In this document: positions 14,097 to 26,435 of the stretch, in pieces
How the letters are laid out: each line of letters opens with the position of its first letter
Numbering within the stretch: the stretch's first letter is position 1
Assembly (NCBI RefSeq): GCF_052425735.1
Contig: NC_135765.1
Location: 32,798,001-32,862,000 of the forward strand
Source: Oculina patagonica
Lineage: Eukaryota
DNA: 64,000 bases
Reading direction: 5' to 3'
Notes under the pieces: generated by a model
Seen by the model: the letters and a program-made list of their open reading frames with translations, nothing else
What the model was told of the DNA's origin: nothing
The model's database searches: none
Position numbers and translations under genes: made by a program

Positions 14097-14596
14097 NNNN
14101 NNNNNNNNNNNNNNNNNNNNNNNNNNNNNNNNNNNNNNNNNNNNNNNNNNNNNNNNNNNNNNNNNNNNNNNNNNNNNNNNNNNNNNNNNNNNNNNNNNNN
14201 NNNNNNNNNNNNNNNNNNNNNNNNNNNNNNNNNNNNNNNNNNNNNNNNNNNNNNNNNNNNNNNNNNNNNNNNNNNNNNNNNNNNNNNNNNNNNNNNNNNN
14301 NNNNNNNNNNNNNNNNNNNNNNNNNNNNNNNNNNNNNNNNNNNNNNNNNNNNNNNNNNNNNNNNNNNNNNNNNNNNNNNNNNNNNNNNNNNNNNNNNNNN
14401 NNNNNNNNNNNNNNNNNNNNNNNNNNNNNNNNNNNNNNNNNNNNNNNNNNNNNNNNNNNNNNNNNNNNNNNNNNNNNNNNNNNNNNNNNNNNNNNNNNNN
14501 NNNNNNNNNNNNNNNNNNNNNNNNNNNNNNNNNNNNNNNNNNNNNNNNNNNNNNNNNNNNNNNNNNNNNNNNNNNNNNNNNNNNNNNNNNNNNNNN
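14097..14596. other. Assembly gap (500 N)
   Basis: Run of N. Confidence 1.
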
Positions 14597-14693
14597 TTCT
14601 TCCGCGTCTAATTTAATCTAATGAAATCGGAGGCACGGAAAATGGGATGTTAAATTTAGTATTATTTCAACCAACTGTCTCAAGGATTTTCTT

Positions 14694-15223
14694 TAGGCTT
14701 AAATAGATTGTGCTAGCATAATTTTTGGCATAATTGGAGCTAAAAAGCATAATTTGTGAAACGAGCACTGCCACGGCATAATTAGCAATTTTTAGCACTT
14801 TTTGGAGCATAAATTCATAAACTTTAGTAAATATGGTGTACTTTCTACAGAAATAAATGAAATTTAGGTAGTTTGTTCTTGCAATGCGTGTTTTAGCTAT
14901 ACAATTGCGATTGTTAAGTCGTTGGAGGCATTTTACAAACGGTTCAGAGATGCGATCAGCTAATTTGCACAGCTGACGGCCGTGACAAACTTCCATAAAA
15001 CACAAATAAATTTGCAACAACAGTTTATTTGAAAAACATCATAATTTTGTGTCGTTATTGCGCACCTCTATGTACAGAATCTACGTCATTTTGTGACCAT
15101 AATTTCGCAAATCAGAAGCATAATTTGGGAATTCAGGCATAATTTTTGCATAATTTGGCAAACTTTTGAGCACTGCTAGAAGCATAATATGCCACTTTTA
15201 GGAGCACAATCTAGCAAAGCCTA
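14694..15223. mobile_element. hAT-like MITE
   Basis: TIRs TAGGCTT(AAA/TGC)TAGATTGTGCT, many GCATAAT subterminal repeats, degenerate 8-bp flanks ATTTTCTT/ATTTTTGT. Confidence 0.7.
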
Positions 15224-16879
15224 ATTTTTGTCGCTCATTGTAGTTTCACGGCTTAAGAGGGACCTGCTCTTAGGATCACCTGTACATATGCAAGATAAAT
15301 AAAATCGATTTTCTCATACTTTGTCAGGATAAACTCTTTTACTAACTTGTTTCAAAAATGTATCTTTGAGATTGTTTCGATTTTTATTTTTTTTCGTCGA
15401 GACGACTCTTCGGATTTGGCCGCTCGAAGCGCCAAATTCGGCTCTAAATTACCACTTTTTTCGAAGGCGAGCATAAAAAAAATAATCCGTAGCAGCAAAA
15501 GCTGGTACATAGTATTAAAATATCATCTTTCAACAGTTATTTAACGCTCTCAGATCCGAATAAAATTTAAATCTGAATTTTTATCAAATTTTCAAAATTA
15601 TATGCTTCGGCCATGTTGCATCACGCTTAAATTTAGGTCAACTTCGTGAGCCAAAAAGTCAATCTGGTACATGGATAAGGCTGTCAAAACTATTTTTCTG
15701 AATAAAGGTATCACTTCATCTTCGATTTTATCCAAAAACTAGCCTGGGTAAATAAAACGGAAAAAATCGAGAGCGGCTGGAAAACTTGACACTTGAGCTA
15801 ATTACTTGACATTTTGACCTTTCGTGTTGCGATTGTTATCGCACAGATTGATCTAGAAAGTTCGACTTTGGGTCTTATTCCCCGTCAAATAGTATTTTTA
15901 GTCTCCCAAATAACCGAGCGAAATCATTTATTATATTTTACAGTAAAAATAAGCCTCAAATGAACATTCTTAGCACGTTTATTTTGAGTTACAAATTCTG
16001 CAAATTACATCTGGCGGTTTGGCGATGTCCGACAATGCACGCAATGAAAATATCAGTTTATAAATCACCACCGAGATAAATCTTCCTTAAAAATCGAAGA
16101 ATAGATAGTAAACTAAATTAATAACACATTTTCCTACCTTTATCGAGCCTATTTTGACGAGAAGTGGTAACGTAAATGCGTCCATTCTACGAATCCATAA
16201 ACTGTCGGCGAATGTTCTCAAGTTACATATTAACCACAGACACAGGGTACCCAAGCACCCCTTGAAGACTGGGCCGGGAGGTGGGGGATGGGTTTTGTAC
16301 AATGTGTAAAGAAAAACGACTCAAAAAAACGAAAACGCTAAATTTAAAGGCTATAAAGCAAGTTATAGTGGACATTTTGCTTTAACAATGAAAAAACTCT
16401 TTGCTTTCGGTCACTTTTCTTGTCCCCAGTTCTTTACTCTAAAAAGGTGCGACACAGGATAATATTTATAATGATAATCATCCTTAGTTTAGTTTTCCTT
16501 TTTTCTTTCCACCTGACACGATTGTGTTATCTTTGCCTTCAATAAATTAATTCGCATCTTGGGCAAATAGATACCTAACAAACTGTAGGAAAAATACCGC
16601 CGGTATTGGGAATTTTACATGCGCGTTCTCCGTAAATGCATTTTTTCTCTTCAACATGATAGATATCCTAAAATCAAGGAAGCATGTTTGTCCTCTTGTA
16701 ATTTCAAACACGCATTTCTTTGTCTAGTCTTTTGAAGGCAGTAACTGATTATTCTTACTTTCACTAACATCAGAAGCACTACCTTTTTTAGTACTGGAAA
16801 TTTTTCATGCTTCGTTCAATAAAAGATTTTTTCGCCTTACACACAGAGGCCTGGGGACAAGTCAGTTTCACATATTAAT

Positions 16880-17149
16880 TCACTTACAACAGTCACAAGC
16901 GAGGGCAAGCTCACTTAAAACAGCAATGTACTCTGCTTTGCGCTTGGAATTAAATCCCTCTGTAGAAATGTCAAAATAAATGCACACTGTATTGAGCATT
17001 GCAATACTGAGTTGCTTCAGCCGCTTTTCCCTGTACATGGCACAAATATCAAGGTTGTCATACACGATTGGATGCCGCAACTGCACTTGTTCAAGTATAG
17101 CTTGCCGTGTGTCGTCCATCATCTGCTTTTCTTCTGCTGCTCTGATGTC
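16880..17149 (-). pseudogene. Sola3 transposase C-terminal fragment (inverted)
   Basis: ...LRHPIVYDNLDIC...LKQLSIAML..VC..FDI...KRKAEYIAVLSELALACDCCK*. The last codons recur on the + strand from 18383. Confidence 0.65.
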
Positions 17150-17613
17150 AAAGCCAGGCATTCGTGCACATCATTGAGAATTCCTTACAAGATTCCTCTG
17201 CAGTTGAACGCATCATGGAGCACACTCTGCGCACACTAAAATCCGAGCATCCCGAGATAACATTTGCCTTTATTCGTCAGGACTATGCTGGGTGTTACCA
17301 TAACTCAGTCTTGCTGGCAACATGCAGTTTAATGCAGACCAAAACGGGTGTAAGCGTTCACCGAGTTGACTTCAGCGACCCCCAAGGCGGGAAAGGTGCC
17401 TGCGACAGAAAGGCGGCCACAATTAAGGCCCACATCAGACGACACATCAACGAAGGCCATGATGTGCAGAACGCCAAAGATTTCATAGACGCCATGTTGT
17501 CTAACGGAAGGATAAATGGTGTACGGACTGTCCATGTTGATGTGGGCGATGAAGGAGGGTGTATTCATCCCGAAGTAAAGCTAGCTGGAGCTAATCGATC
17601 AAAGCCAAATTGA
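17149..17613 (+). pseudogene. Sola3 transposase catalytic-core fragment
   Basis: QAFVHIIEN..QDS, RQDYAGCYH, DFSDPQGGKGACDRKAA motifs. No N-terminus. Confidence 0.8.
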
Positions 17614-18029
17614 AGGTACGTATAGCTTGTACGGCGTACCAGTAATTCAAGATTTTTGGTGTTTTATTTTTTTATTCTTGTAATGCCCAAAAGAAACGGT
17701 TTCTATTTGTTATTAAATTCCGATGGCTAGAATAGTTATCTAACATATGGTTACGCTGTGATATTCACAACAAGGTGTTTGAGGAACTCTGATAACTCTG
17801 AAAACTTTCAAATTGCTGGCTGAATGACAAAATTTTTAATAGCTGATCTAGTTCCTGAGTTTAAACCCATTTATCAGCACTTTTTGCCTGACTATACCGG
17901 TAGATGATTGATTGATTGTTTTAGCAAGATATAAAGTAATTAACATGCATGCCTTATATCATCTCAGAAACGAGATTTCAGGTCAGTTGGAGAAAATAAA
18001 TTAATATTTAGAGAGTATTTTCTTTAACT

Positions 18030-18316
18030 GAGAGGCGCAGTGGCCTAATGGTTAGCGCGCTCGCCTCTGAGTCGAACGGCTCTGGTTCGAGCCCTGGCAG
18101 GGGTGCTGCGTTGTGCTCTCTCCACAAGGTACATCTATCCACCTAGCTGTATAAATGGGTAACGGCAAATTTACTGCTGGGGGTAACCCCGCAATGGACT
18201 TGCATCCCATCCAGGGGGAGTAGCAATACTCCTAGTCGCTTAATGTAACAAAAACCGGGATAAACTCCGGCTATTTACGGGCCACTTGGCTCGGACACAG
18301 ACTTTACCTTAACCTT
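18030..18316 (+). mobile_element. tRNA-derived SINE inside the Sola3 derivative
   Basis: A box TGGCCTAATGG, B box GGTTCGAGCCC, body GGGTAACCCCGCAATGGACTTGCATCCCATCCAGGGGGAGTAG, tail TTTACCTTAACCTT. Confidence 0.8.
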
Positions 18317-21201
18317 ATTTTCTATAATGAATCCTGAGTTTGAAAAAGTTTGTCAACTTACAACTTTCAACGCAAACTAAACGCAGAGTACATTGCTGTT
18401 TTAAGTGAGCTTGCCCTCGCTTGTGACTGTTGTAAGTGAATTAATATGTGAAACTGACTTGTCCCCAGGCCCCTGTGTGTAAGGCGAAAAAATCTTTTAT
18501 TGAACGAAGCATGAAAAATTTCCAGTACTAAAAAAGGTAGTGCTTCTGATGTTAGTGAAAGTAAGAATAATCAGTTACTGCCTTCAAAAGACTAGACAAA
18601 GAAATGCGTGTTTGAAATTACAAGAGGACAAACATGCTTCCTTGATTTTAGGATATCTATCATGTTGAAGAGAAAAAATGCATTTACGGAGAACGCGCAT
18701 GTAAAATTCCCAATACCGGCGGTATTTTTCCTACAGTTTGTTAGGTATCTATTTGCCCAAGATGCGAATTAATTTATTGAAGGCAAAGATAACACAATCG
18801 TGTCAGGTGGAAAGAAAAAAGGAAAACTAAACTAAGGATGATTATCATTATAAATATTATCCTGTGTCGCACCTTTTTAGAGTAAAGAACTGGGGACAAG
18901 AAAAGTGACCGAAAGCAAAGAGTTTTTTAATTGTTAAAGCAAAATGTCCACTATAACTTGCTTTATAGCCTTTAAATTTAGCGTTTTCGTTTTTTTGAGT
19001 CGTTTTTCTTTACACATTGTACAAAACCCGTCCCCCACCTCCCCAGTCTTCAAGGGGTGCTTGGGTACCCTGTGTCTGTGGTTAATATGTAACTTGAGAA
19101 GATTCGCCGACAGTTTATGGATTCGTAGAATGGACGCATTTACGTTACCACTTCTCGTCAAAATAGGCTCGATAAAGGTAGGAAAATGTGTTATTAATTT
19201 AGTTTACTATCTATTCTTCGATTTTTAAGGAAGATTTATCTCGGTGGTGATTTATAAACTGATATTTTCATTGCGTGCATTGTCGGACCTCGCCAAACCG
19301 CCAGATGTAATTTGCAGAATTTGTAACTCAAAATAAACGTGCTAAGAATGTTCATTTGAGGCTTAAACAAGCAAAAATGGTAGAATAGGGGTTAGTAGAC
19401 AAAATTTGGATCCACATATTTGTAAACTCTCAAGGGACTTTTTTAATTTCTCAAGGGACTGTTTAAATTTCTCAAGGGATTACTTTCCGCTGTGGGTGAT
19501 CACTTGCGATTTCGTGGAAAAAACGTGACTTGTCACATTTACAAACGTTATATAACAATTTTAAAAGTGACATGTCAGCTTTCTTATCTCAACGCACGTG
19601 TGTCTGAAAGGCGATCTATAAAAAGCGTCGCACAAACAATGGATTGCGTAACTAAAACACGAATACTGAAATAATCACTAGCACTTACATCGCGTTGAGA
19701 GCAATGTTGCATGAATCGGCTTTACAACATGCGATAGTATCTACGCAGTTCGAGTGGAATTTCAGTCAAAGACAGCAAAATTCTTTCGTATTTCATCTTC
19801 AAATATAATTCGAAAGCATTCACTGTATATGTGGCTTTTGTTTAATCCTGGGTCTTGATATCCGACCCTCGCCGAGCCTAGACAAAACGCAGCTTGAGTG
19901 TAACGATTTGTTTACGCAATGTTTTCTCCGACAGTAGTCGGAAATATCCGTATTTTTTTTTTCGTGCTTTTTCATGGAGCAATCGTAACGATACGGCCTT
20001 GAACACATTGAACGGCGGTCTACCTATAACAATTCAAATATAGCGTCGCAAAAACAAAGCGTCGAACGCATATTTTGCTGTTTCATTTGCTAATTTCGCT
20101 GCCGTAATCGACTGCCTCGAAAGGTTAGAAAGGTCCTTGCAGTTTTAAAGTATAGAATTGTCAGATCTCGCTGAAATTTGCACTGTTTATTTGTGTAATG
20201 TTAAGGAATATGTGTATAAATACCCGGCGCGAACGAGCCATTTTTGACAAAATTATATGGCTGCATTTCCTCCGCGAAGATAGGAAATTGTTAAATTAAA
20301 CTACAAAGAAACTGTAATGATAAGTTCGAAGAACAATGCACAGGATAAACCTTCGACTCATACTTCATGCAAAAACGTCGATATCTCGAAGAGACTTTGA
20401 TTTTTACTGTAAAATATAATAAATGATTTCGCTCGGTTATTTGGGAGACTAAAAATACTATTTGACGGGGAATAAGACCCAAAGTCGAACTTTCTAGATC
20501 AATCTGTGCGATAACAATCGCAACATGAAAGGTCAAAATGTCAAGTAATTAGCTCAAGTGTCAAGTTTTCCAGCCGCTCTCGATTTTTTCCGTTTTATTT
20601 ACCCAGGCTAGTTTTTGGATAAAATCGAAGATGAAGTGATACCTTTATTCAGAAAAATAGTTTTGACAGCCTTATCCATGTACCAGATTGACTTTTTGGC
20701 TCACGAAGTTGACCTAAATTTAAGCGTGATGCAACATGGCCGAAGCATATAATTTTGAAAATTTGATAAAAATTCAGATTTAAATTTTATTCGGATCTGA
20801 GAGCGTTAAATAACTGTTGAAAGATGATATTTTAATACTATGTACCAGCTTTTGCTGCTACGGATTATTTTTTTTATGCTCGCCTTCGAAAAAAGTGGTA
20901 ATTTAGAGCCGAATTTGGCGCTTCGAGCGGCCAAATCCGAAGAGTCGTCTCGACGAAAAAAATAAAAATCGAAACAATCTCAAAGATACATTTTTGAAAC
21001 AAGTTAGTAAAAGAGTTTATCCTGACAAAGTATGAGAAAATCGATTTTATTTATCTTGCATATGTACAGGTGATCCTAAGAGCAGGTCCCTCTTAACATT
21101 CGATGGGTTTCATAAAGGAGCAACGTCCGGGGGCTTTCTCACGTTTTTGGTCCAAACTGTTCTGAAGTTAGTGGTTGGCAACTTAACCCATGAAAAACAT
21201 T

Positions 21202-21731
21202 TTATTATATAAACATCAGTGAAATACCAGGAAATCTTTCGCGCGAAAAAATTATATTTTCACACGTGAAAATAACATGTTATTTTCACATGTGAAGATA
21301 TCGATTTCGAAACATTTTCTGACAAGTTTGCCCTGTTTCAATGCTGAATGAGCCAAAGTAAATCAATATCAAGTCGAAACATCTTCGGATCTTTCTGGGC
21401 AATCTTCGGCAATCTTCGGATATCTTCGGAAATTTTCGGAAAAGTTCGGAAAATGTTCGTAAACATTCGTACGACCTTCGGACAACATTTTGCAAATCTT
21501 CGGAAATCGTCGGAAAATGGTCGGCAATCTTCGGAAAATCGTCAAAAACATCGTAATTAGTAGGTTTATATAATAAACAGAATATTACATGGTTGCTTGG
21601 AGATATGAAATTTATCTTCTCGTGTTCAAATCGATATCCCACTCGTTCGCTGCGCTCACTCGTGAGATATCGATTTGAACACTCGAAGATAAATTTCATA
21701 TCTCCGCGCAACCATGTAATATCCTCTATAT
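21202..21731 (-). mobile_element. Hairpin-terminated non-autonomous element (Crypton-like architecture)
   Basis: TTATTATATAAAC...GTTTATATAATAA inverted pair, TCTTCGGAAA-type internal repeats, ~140-bp hairpin at 21582-21722. Same layout as 29243-29813. Confidence 0.6.
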
Positions 21732-22199
21732 CTTTGAACATCGTAAGGAAGATATAGCCTTAATTTGCAGAGAGAAATCAAATCACGGCTATTAATATCG
21801 ATGCTTTTGAAGGCGCACGAAAACAACTTAAAAAGTTTAACCTCAATTTTTCAAGTTACAATCCATCCCCATTCTAGCCATCCGCAGCCGAAGACGCTTG
21901 TTAACAGTTTCATTGCTAAAATATAACAAAATGGACCATTATTTTTAGGTTTCCTATGATACAAAAATATATCTTGGCTCTTCAAAAATCTGTTAAAATC
22001 CATGACAAAGCATCTTTAAACATAGGAGGACTGGGCTCGAATATGGGTTTGATCTATTTTTAAAGTGAGCGAACTTCAAAATACGAGATGTAAACAGTGA
22101 TGAACAACAACAAAGATGTCTAAATAATTTAGCACCCAGTTATTTAAGCAACAAGTTTTGAAAAAGGTCTGATGTTCATGGACGAGAAACCCGCCAACA

Positions 22200-22490
22200 C
22201 CAAAGCTTGCAAATTCCTCTGTTCAGGACCGCAGCAGGCCAAAGAACACTCACATACAAAGCCGTAAACCTATGGAACAGCCTTGATATTAAAATCATAA
22301 ACGCTAAATCCCTGTTCTCTTTTAAAACAAACCTTAGGAATCGTTTTCTTTTAAACTTTTAGTCATTATTTTATTTAATTTCGATTTTATTTGTAAATAT
22401 TAGAGTTAAGTAGTTTTTATTTTTTATTGAAAAAAGTAACTGAAAAGCCGTGTGGGTGAGTTTACTATTAAAGTTCTTATTCTTATTCTT
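22200..22490 (+). mobile_element. 3' remnant of a CR1/L2-type LINE
   Basis: Translates AVNLWNSLDIKIINAKSLFSFKTNLRNRF, followed by an AT-rich UTR and a (TTCTTA)n tail. Confidence 0.6.
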
Positions 22491-24246
22491 TGATGCCCCT
22501 GTATTTAATATGTCGATTGTTTAATATTTTCTTACCAATCTTACAATGTTTGACGTTTTCTTTTCCACTAAATAAATACCATATTGGCACAGCCCCCTTA
22601 AATAATCCAACTTTTATAATATATAGCTTTATGAATTTTGCACAATGTTTATTAAACATAGCGTTAGGTGTGCTTATATAATTGAAGCCAACCTTTTGCC
22701 GTAAAATTATTAAAATATTTTCACATAAAAATGTAAGAGAAAGAAGCCTACTGAGAGCCAGAAATTCAAAGTTATCCGGTAGAACTAAGTGAGAAACCTT
22801 GAAAAAAAAAAAAAAAACCCCTGCATCCTCTATTTTCGCTATTTTTTTTCTTGTTTTACAAAGCAGACCACTATGTATGACGCCTGTTTGTAGAGCACAT
22901 CCAACGTTCCTAAACGTTTAATTTTGACATCACACAAAACGATTCATTTTATTAATTGTAGTTGAATTTTGTATTTTTCGAAACAAGCTACTAAAGGCCT
23001 AGGAACAATGCTTTATACGCAACGTAATATACGTGGCCAATCTAGTATATCCATAGTTTTAGAGCGTTCCAGACACGACTCAGGCTATTAAAATTAACTG
23101 AAACTGCAAGGCCAAGTAAAGAAAAAAATGTTTCTCGTCCGGATTTTTATAAAAAAGAGAGCGGGTGGGCGCTTTTTTGTTATTTGTTATTTCCTCCATC
23201 GCCAAATTCTCCAGAAGCGAAGTTGCAAAATAAATCCTGACCTCTCCTGTACGGACCTAGCGTGCCGAGACTTTAAAATTGTGGCCTGATTTCGTATTTA
23301 AACGCAGACAAAAGCCATGTCTTACAGAATTTTCTTTGTACTTAAGTGAGGAGTAACGCCTGTTGGTTTTTGTTCGTTTCAACTTTCCTAATAACAAATA
23401 AGATAAATAAGATAAGTTAAAATTTTATTGTACACTCCTTTAAATAGAAAGAAATAGAAAGAAAAATAAAAAAAAGAAGCGGGCCCAAAAAAAAAAATGA
23501 AGCGGGCGGGGACGAGAAACATTTTTTTTTACTTGGCCTAACAAAAACCTTTAATCTGGTTATAGTAATCAGCAAGCCAAATTTGAGTATGAATTGGACA
23601 ATTAACTTAACACACTTGTGTAGACAGTCTTCGCCAAAACAACTCAACTGTTATCTTTTTATTCACTGAACAAAAAGAAAATTTAGATTTATCAGGGTTA
23701 CTAATACGGACTTCTTTTTGTCAATTACAATGCTTTTTGTGCTCTCCAACAATTTTTGTAATCATATTCTTGATGGACAAATTAGACCCTTGCTTTGCGG
23801 TTTTCTGATTTTTTTAATTACTCTTATGATCGAACTCAATCGAATATACACCTAATACCATCATTCATTAAAAAAGTAAACTGACGGAAAATTTCTAATT
23901 TCGTATATTTGAATATAAACAATTTATTGTTTATCTCTAGGAAACAAATGAAAAATGCAATAAAGAATTCAGCGGGCCATCTGTTTAATCATGGATAGTA
24001 AAAGAACTATCCGCTTCAATACGGTATCCCGAATTTTAACTTCAGGGGATCAATTCTAACTAAGTCGGAACTACAAAAGTGTTTCGAAGAACAATTCGAA
24101 ATTCCTTTAATAAGTAATGTTTTTCTTCTAGTTGTCACGAGAGGGCAATTCATATCAATTGTCGTTTTCAGCGTTTTTGTTTTGGGAACAGACGCTTGTA
24201 TTTACACCCGTTTTAATTCAGAATTGCTCGCAATTTTGACTCAGTG

Positions 24247-25176
24247 ATGGCAGATCAACTACAGTGCACGGGAGAGATATCCTCTGCCTCAGCGATAATC
24301 CTGGGAATTTTAAACTCAGTGTCTGGATCAGCGGCCATAATTGGAAATGTTATTGTTCTGATAACCTTCTTCAAAACCCAGACACTTCATCAGCCATGTT
24401 ATTATCTGGTAGCCTCTTTATCCGCCATTGATCTCTTCGTGGGTCTCGCAGTAAATCCGCTATACATCTTGCTAACTAACGTTGTCTCATGGCAATACAG
24501 AGAAGAGCATCTATTGCAGCTGGAAAGCTTTATCGCTAGCTCAAGCTCTTTAATAATCATGCATACTTTGTGTGTGATGAGTGTCGAGCGATACATCGCG
24601 GTCATCTACCCATTGCGCTACTACGGTATCGTAACAGTTAAGCGTTGCTACATCGCAATCGGAATCGTCTGGTTATTCGGCTTCACGCTGAATGCCTTTT
24701 ACTTTGCAGTTAGCAACGAAAACTTGCCAAAAATGTGGATTGTCAGTGGTGTGCTGACCGGACTTGTTCCAATGCCGATCATTTTTTACTGCTATGGAAA
24801 GATTCTGCAAGCGGCGCGCGAGCAGTCAAGGCGAATCGCTGTTGCAGAGAGCAGTGTCTCGGCCGTTTCTCGAGACGAGGAAAGCGCGGTAACCGACGCA
24901 GAAACAACTCGCACAATAGAAGCTAAAAAGACAAAGAAGACAGCTTGGACGATTGCAATTGTTGTTCTTCTAGCGGTTTCCCTTTCAATGCCCATGAGCA
25001 TTACCAGCATTTTGCAGATAGTCACAAGTGATTTGTGTCGTCGCAGGCATTACAACCGAGCGTGGATGTGGACGGCGTCTCTGGCACTTACAAGCTCAGC
25101 AGTGGATCCTTGGATCTATGCGATGAGAATTCGGGATTTCAGAGCTACTATTAAACGAACTCTGTGCATAAAATGA
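24247..25176 (+). CDS. Class A (rhodopsin-like) GPCR, orphan, type A copy 1; 309 aa
   Basis: Seven hydrophobic segments; GN (TM1), LSAID (TM2), ERY, DPWIY. First ATG at 24247. Confidence 0.93.
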   Translation: MADQLQCTGEISSASAIILGILNSVSGSAAIIGNVIVLITFFKTQTLHQPCYYLVASLSAIDLFVGLAVNPLYILLTNVVSWQYREEHLLQLESFIASSSSLIIMHTLCVMSVERYIAVIYPLRYYGIVTVKRCYIAIGIVWLFGFTLNAFYFAVSNENLPKMWIVSGVLTGLVPMPIIFYCYGKILQAAREQSRRIAVAESSVSAVSRDEESAVTDAETTRTIEAKKTKKTAWTIAIVVLLAVSLSMPMSITSILQIVTSDLCRRRHYNRAWMWTASLALTSSAVDPWIYAMRIRDFRATIKRTLCIK

Positions 25177-25585
25177 CTGTTCGAAGTTTCGACATTAACC
25201 CTTTCACTCCTAAACGCGCATTCAGGCGCTATTTGGAGGTGCAGTCATTCATTCACTTGTGACGTCATTAATTAGCACGTCAGTGGATTTCGTGATAAGA
25301 ATCTGATAGAGCTTGAATCGACCTTTCTACAGGACTGTTCATTTTGAATATCAGTTGCATTCTGACAGAGCTAATCAAAGAAAAACAAAATCCATTTTTG
25401 GTGCCAAATCGTTGCTAAACAGGCCAGTACACCTGTAATTGGTCAAGGTCCCCTTTTCAGGGTTTTCCATTGATAATCTCAAAACCTTTTTGGCCAAAAG
25501 ATAGGATATGAAGAGTAGAAAGTAACGAGAATAAGAAAGCGAAAAAAAAGGAAGCAAAAGGGGCAAACAAAAAATTGGAACGATT

Positions 25586-25616
<31 letters not shown>

Positions 25617-26427
25617 CATGAACAAATATATCATACTCAGGATACTGTCGATGGTCGTCAAGTTTGGACAATTTAGTCGACAGCAAAACTGGTGAAACTC
25701 TAAATATGTCTTATCTGCTAGCTTTGTCTCTCAAGTTAAGTTGAAGCGAACAACAATTTTAGCTACACTGCACTGAAGCCTCTCTGTTTCTAATGTACAC
25801 TAGATATAGACTTCAGTATTACGAGAATGTTTTCAGTTTTTTTTCACATAATGCAGAGAGGTTTTTTTGTAATTCCTTTCCACATTTTGTCACACTGGGG
25901 GCTTATCGCGTAATGTTATAAATTTGTTATTTCAGAGGAGGTGCAGGGCTGGGAGGCTACCTTGCTGGCTGTACTTAAACTACCCTTAAAATTATGGCAC
26001 TGACCAATACTTAAAAACGTGTTTGATTCGTTGCAGTGTACAAATCTAGGAGGAAAGGGAAGTAGAAACGGCTTCGTGATGCGGCGAAGAATTATCAAAG
26101 TTCTATTTTGACCCAGCGTTAAAAATACAAGTTGTGAAGAAATTCATATGGTAGGAACTAATGAATGGTAAAAGTGTATTTGTTGAAGTTAACGGTGTTG
26201 GCTATTTTGCGGTTCCTCCTCCTTCCATATTTTAAAATTAGTAGCTTGGCATCCGACTGAGCTGGTTGTTAAGTCATCTGAAAATATTATTCTACTACAT
26301 GACCTCACTTTCTCTCCCAAATCACCAAGGATAAATTTAAATGCCACGCCCATACCTTCACGACTAACTGCGCGCGCAGCCGTGAAAATGTGCGCGCGGC
26401 AAACTTTGACGGATGAGATTGTCTTTA

Positions 26428-26435
26428 TGACGTCA
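26428..26435 (+). promoter_or_regulatory. CRE palindrome in the putative promoter of GPCR-B1
   Basis: TGACGTCA in a CpG-rich patch, conserved at 36223-36230, upstream of a conserved GAAG|GTAA donor-like site. Confidence 0.35.

Larger units (their letters stand above)
15257..21092. mobile_element. Rearranged non-autonomous Sola3 DNA transposon (5836 bp)
   Basis: TTAA|GAGGGACC...GGTCCCTC|TTAA; ~694-bp near-perfect terminal inverted repeats (15257-15950 / 20400-21092); internal transposase fragments. GAG termini, TTAA TSD and long TIRs are the described Sola3 hallmarks. Confidence 0.88.

Noticed and set aside
14069-14621. ORFs spanning the gap
   Set aside because: They consist of N bases.
18030-18105. 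tRNA genes here and at ~61220-61293
   Set aside because: A and B boxes continue into SINE bodies and tails; no complete cloverleaf.
16087-19228. Duplicated small ORFs (16087-16302 and 18944-19228) as conserved genes
   Set aside because: They are the two arms of the inverted repeat in the Sola3 trailer.
15257-21092. piggyBac or Kolobok assignment based on TTAA
   Set aside because: GAG termini, very long TIRs and the DxAGCYH / PQGGKGACDR motifs fit Sola3.
21286-21741. 151-aa ORF, and a possible CRISPR-like or tandem array
   Set aside because: Degenerate ~10-bp TCTTCGGAAA repeats and a hairpin inside a repeat element; no constant repeat with unique spacers and no cas genes.
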